Shown here one piece after another: positions 52,318 through 55,542 of a stretch of 55,542 bases of DNA. This stretch comes from Welwitschia mirabilis (Eukaryota), in NCBI GenBank assembly GCA_051453625.1, contig JBOZIK010000001.1, positions 3,222,760 through 3,278,301 on the forward strand, written 5' to 3'. Numbering within the stretch: position 1 is the first letter of the stretch; every line of letters starts with the position of its first letter. The notes beneath the pieces are model-generated. The model made no database searches, was not told where the DNA came from, and saw nothing but the letters and a program-made list of their open reading frames with translations. The position numbers and the translations under genes are program-made.

Positions 52318-54027
52318 TAGCCTTTTACTTAGCCTTATCAGTCCCTAACAAGATGAGCGATCAACTACATTATGAGCCAGTTTGACTAAAACAACATTAA
52401 AAAAATGTAAATTGAGTTCAATTAAATCTTTTAAGAAGAGATATCACAAATAGCCTAACTAATACAAATGATAAAACTATCCCTAAGCCCCCTACTTAAG
52501 CATGTTATGATAGAATAAATGAATGTCATACACATATAGAAATCATAAAAATGTAACATTGGTAGCTCATGGAATAATAATGTATATGCATATTACAAAA
52601 ATAGTGACAATGGATTATTATGACAGACTTAAGTAGTGATAATCTCAAAGGAGTAATGCATTTAAGTTTATTAATGTAATTCATAATTTCAAAAGGATAG
52701 ATTAGATATGATATTCTTTTTTAGATGATATGAAACATAGCTAAAAAAAGAAAAAAAAAAAACTTTATTAGAGTGCTATTGTATTCTTATAAGATAAGGT
52801 CCATGAATTTATTCAATTAACATGAAAAATAAATATGAACAACTCATCATGTACATATAATGTGAAAGCTTAAAACATGATCCTTTCAAAAATTTGTGCT
52901 CTAAATCACAAAATAAAGGCCAAAAAGATGTTCACCTAAGCAAGACATCTTGAATTACATCAAAGAGAAAGAAAGAGTGTCATCTCGTCCATTGTGGGGA
53001 TGACAAGCATGGGACAACAATGATAAATTAGAATATCTGGAGAGAAAAGACAAATCAAAAAATGTGAAAAGTAAGCAAACACATAAAAAATAGCAGAAAA
53101 AAGGAGAAAAAATATAGAAAGAAAAGAAATAAGCTGAAAAACATGCCCATGGTGGAGAGGGATGCATGGAGAAAAGTGAAAAATAGAGGAAAATGCACTA
53201 AGTAAAAAGAAAAAATGCTCACAAACTTCACAAATGTGCCCAAAATCATGGAAAAATAAAAACTAGAACTCAGCAGAGCATGAAACCTATTAAGAATCAA
53301 TCATCTCTAGAATCTAGAAAAATACATCATCTAGGAAATGATGAAATTCATAATATTATGCTAAAAAATTATGAAAAATGATTTTTAAAAATCCAATAGA
53401 ATAGCTAAAGAAAAACAAAAGAAAAATGAACAACTAAGAGCATGAAGAAGATTGCTTTCTTACCCTAAAGTTTAACCTAATAAGTTCTCTTAGTAACAAT
53501 CATAAAATCACTTAATGAAAGATTCATGATAGTATGTAGAGATTATAAAGTAACACTCAATTAGGTAATGATTATGATGATGTCAAGTATATATAATGTT
53601 ATCAAATAATAAATGATAATAAAAATTATTTAAAATAGGAATTTACAAGCTACCATATAAAAACAACACTAGAATCCAAAAAGTAAAGTGATCATGTGAA
53701 AGTATTCTAAAGAAATGAATAAAATGAGTTTAGAAAATAAGCAATGCCTTTGATAATACTAGGGACACCACTAATCTTATATCCTTAAAGTGCAATTTAT
53801 CCTACCATGATGAGGGAAGTGCAACCACTATTAGAGGAATAAGGACCTGCACAGCATAGCCAACTGAACCCCTAGTGGAGTTCGCACAACTACCATATTG
53901 CACTACTAAAGGTCCCTCTTGGGAATATTTGATCTAATGTGCTTGTGGTAGGACATCATGGTGCTCATGTTTTTGAGATATAACATAAAAGAGTGTGGTT
54001 TTTATTTCTTTTATTTTCTTTTCTTTC

Positions 54028-54058
<31 letters not shown>

Positions 54059-54459
54059 TTTGGTGAACATTCCACATGACCAAGTACTTAAAATAATAAA
54101 AGTAAAGTAATGAGATGAGTAACAAAGTATGAACATGTAAAAATAACTAATTACTCATACCATTAAAATAAAATAAAAGAACCAAGGCATCTTTCTTTAA
54201 AATGAAGTTCATAGATATAAGAATGTCTGAAGATTAGATGAAGCTAATTTTATCATCTAAATACCCAAGTAAAGTATTACTGATCATGGAAACTTCATAA
54301 GTAAATACATATGTCAAGTTAAAAATATTCAAGTGATAACATAATGTTTACCTAAGAAATGACTTAAAAAGGAATTTAGATAATGGCAAAAGAAAGGTCC
54401 TCCTCATTAAGATGAGATTACAATACAAGTGCTTGTATCATGTTCAAGGTTTTACCAGA

Positions 54460-55542
54460 AGATAACTCATAAATTTTTAACCTCTATTCATTAACTTTTT
54501 GAATTTATCTAGTATTTCAATCAAAGATTTTAACTGAGTTATTTGAATGTACTTTTTTTATAAGATAAGGACCTAACCATTTAGAAGTTAACTTGTTATG
54601 CAAAAGATGTACTCGAGTGTTATACTAAAGAACAAATTGATTAAGTTTAAATGTCTTATGGATAATCTTTTTATCATGTTTGAACTTGGCTTGAGCTTTA
54701 TGAATGAGTTGAAGATGTAAAGCATGAATACATTTTTCATCTAAATGGTTAAGTTAGACTAAACAAGTTTTAAGGTTATCATTCAAATCTACAAGATCAA
54801 GTTAATAGGTGGAGTGATAAGAATTATAGTAAAAATCAACTAGTAAAATACAAATTTTTTCACACACAAGTTCATATGATAAGAAACCTGTAGAGTTACA
54901 CCAAGTAGTACAGTAAGCCCAAAGAACATCATTAAGTTTAGAGGACCATGTTTTTATATTGATAAAAACTAATTTCTGAAGCATATTTTTGATTTCTCTA
55001 TTTGTGTTTTTAGCTTGACCATTAGTTTGAGGATGCTAGGCATATGAAATTCTATGTTTAACACTAATGGATAAAAGAAGTTTTCGAAAAAGGTGATTAA
55101 TGAAACGAGTTTCCTGATCACTAACAATAATTCGTGGAAAACTAAAAAATTGAAAAATATAAGTTCTAATAAAGATTTAAATAGTTTAGACATCATTTTT
55201 GGTAATATGAAAAACTTCTACCCATTTAGTAACATAATCAACTGCTATAAGGATATAATTTTTGTCATGATAAGGTAGTGTAATCAAGCCTATAAAGTTA
55301 ATTCCCTAATAATAAAAAGGTTTACCTTGAAGTATAGGTTTTAGAAGCATATCTTAAGAACAAGTTAGATGACCATAACGTTGACATGCATCAAATCTTT
55401 TTAAAAGGTTAAAGGAATTCTTGAAAAGAGTAGGCTAATAAAAACTATAGTGAATAACTTTTATGGTAGTTTTTTAGCCACTAAAGTATACCCCACATAC
55501 CCCACAATGATAAAGTTTTAGGATTTCTAAGGTTTACCACTC
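54460..55542 (-). pseudogene. Athila-type integrase remnant
   Basis: HHCC region 'YHCGVCGVYFSG...FDACQRYG', core 'KTWSSKLNDVLWAYCTT', GPY/F 'KLTSKWLGPYLIKKVHSN...KVNE*RLK'. Confidence 0.9.

Larger units (their letters stand above)
51068..55542 (-). mobile_element. Family-A copy A3: 3' part (integrase, 3' non-coding region, PPT, 3' LTR), runs off the window end
   Basis: The 3' region is the rc homologue of ~26050-29188. PPT at rc ~52321-52337. Confidence 0.88.

Noticed and set aside
53800-53900. Possible hammerhead ribozyme (retrozyme) in the conserved 3' block
   Set aside because: Only a partial TGATGAG is present, with no correctly spaced GAAA core or stems on either strand.
52955-54125. 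Short hydrophobic or Arg/Lys-rich ORFs
   Set aside because: They are translations of T-rich low-complexity DNA and a (CTT)n microsatellite in the non-coding 3' region of A3.

Overview
This is an AT-rich, strongly CpG-depleted plant nuclear scaffold with several N-gaps. It consists almost entirely of old, nested, degenerate retroelements, and I see no intact host gene, RNA gene or CRISPR. Elements resolved: (i) three copies plus a probable solo LTR of one Athila-like Ty3/Gypsy family ('family A'); (ii) a separate Athila gag-pol pseudogene at 5.0-10.0 kb; (iii) a three-LTR non-autonomous element with TSD AGAAG and PPR-like cargo at 14485-18964; (iv) a pol-deleted SIRE/Copia element (32023-51067, minus) whose gag is split by a full-length Athila (38337-48787, TSD ATCTT). 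The standout is a 5'-truncated L1-type LINE (11292-13963, minus). Its ORF2 remnant is followed, via an ATGA stop/start overlap, by an extra ~409-codon ORF with an env-like/Transposase_32-like N-terminus, a Ser/Pro linker and a C-terminal DnaJ J-domain. A second, diverged copy of the same J-domain + 3'UTR + poly(A) end lies at 31286-32022, which suggests a LINE lineage encoding its own Hsp70 co-chaperone module. All translations were done by eye through stops and frameshifts. Domain names are motif recognition, not database hits.
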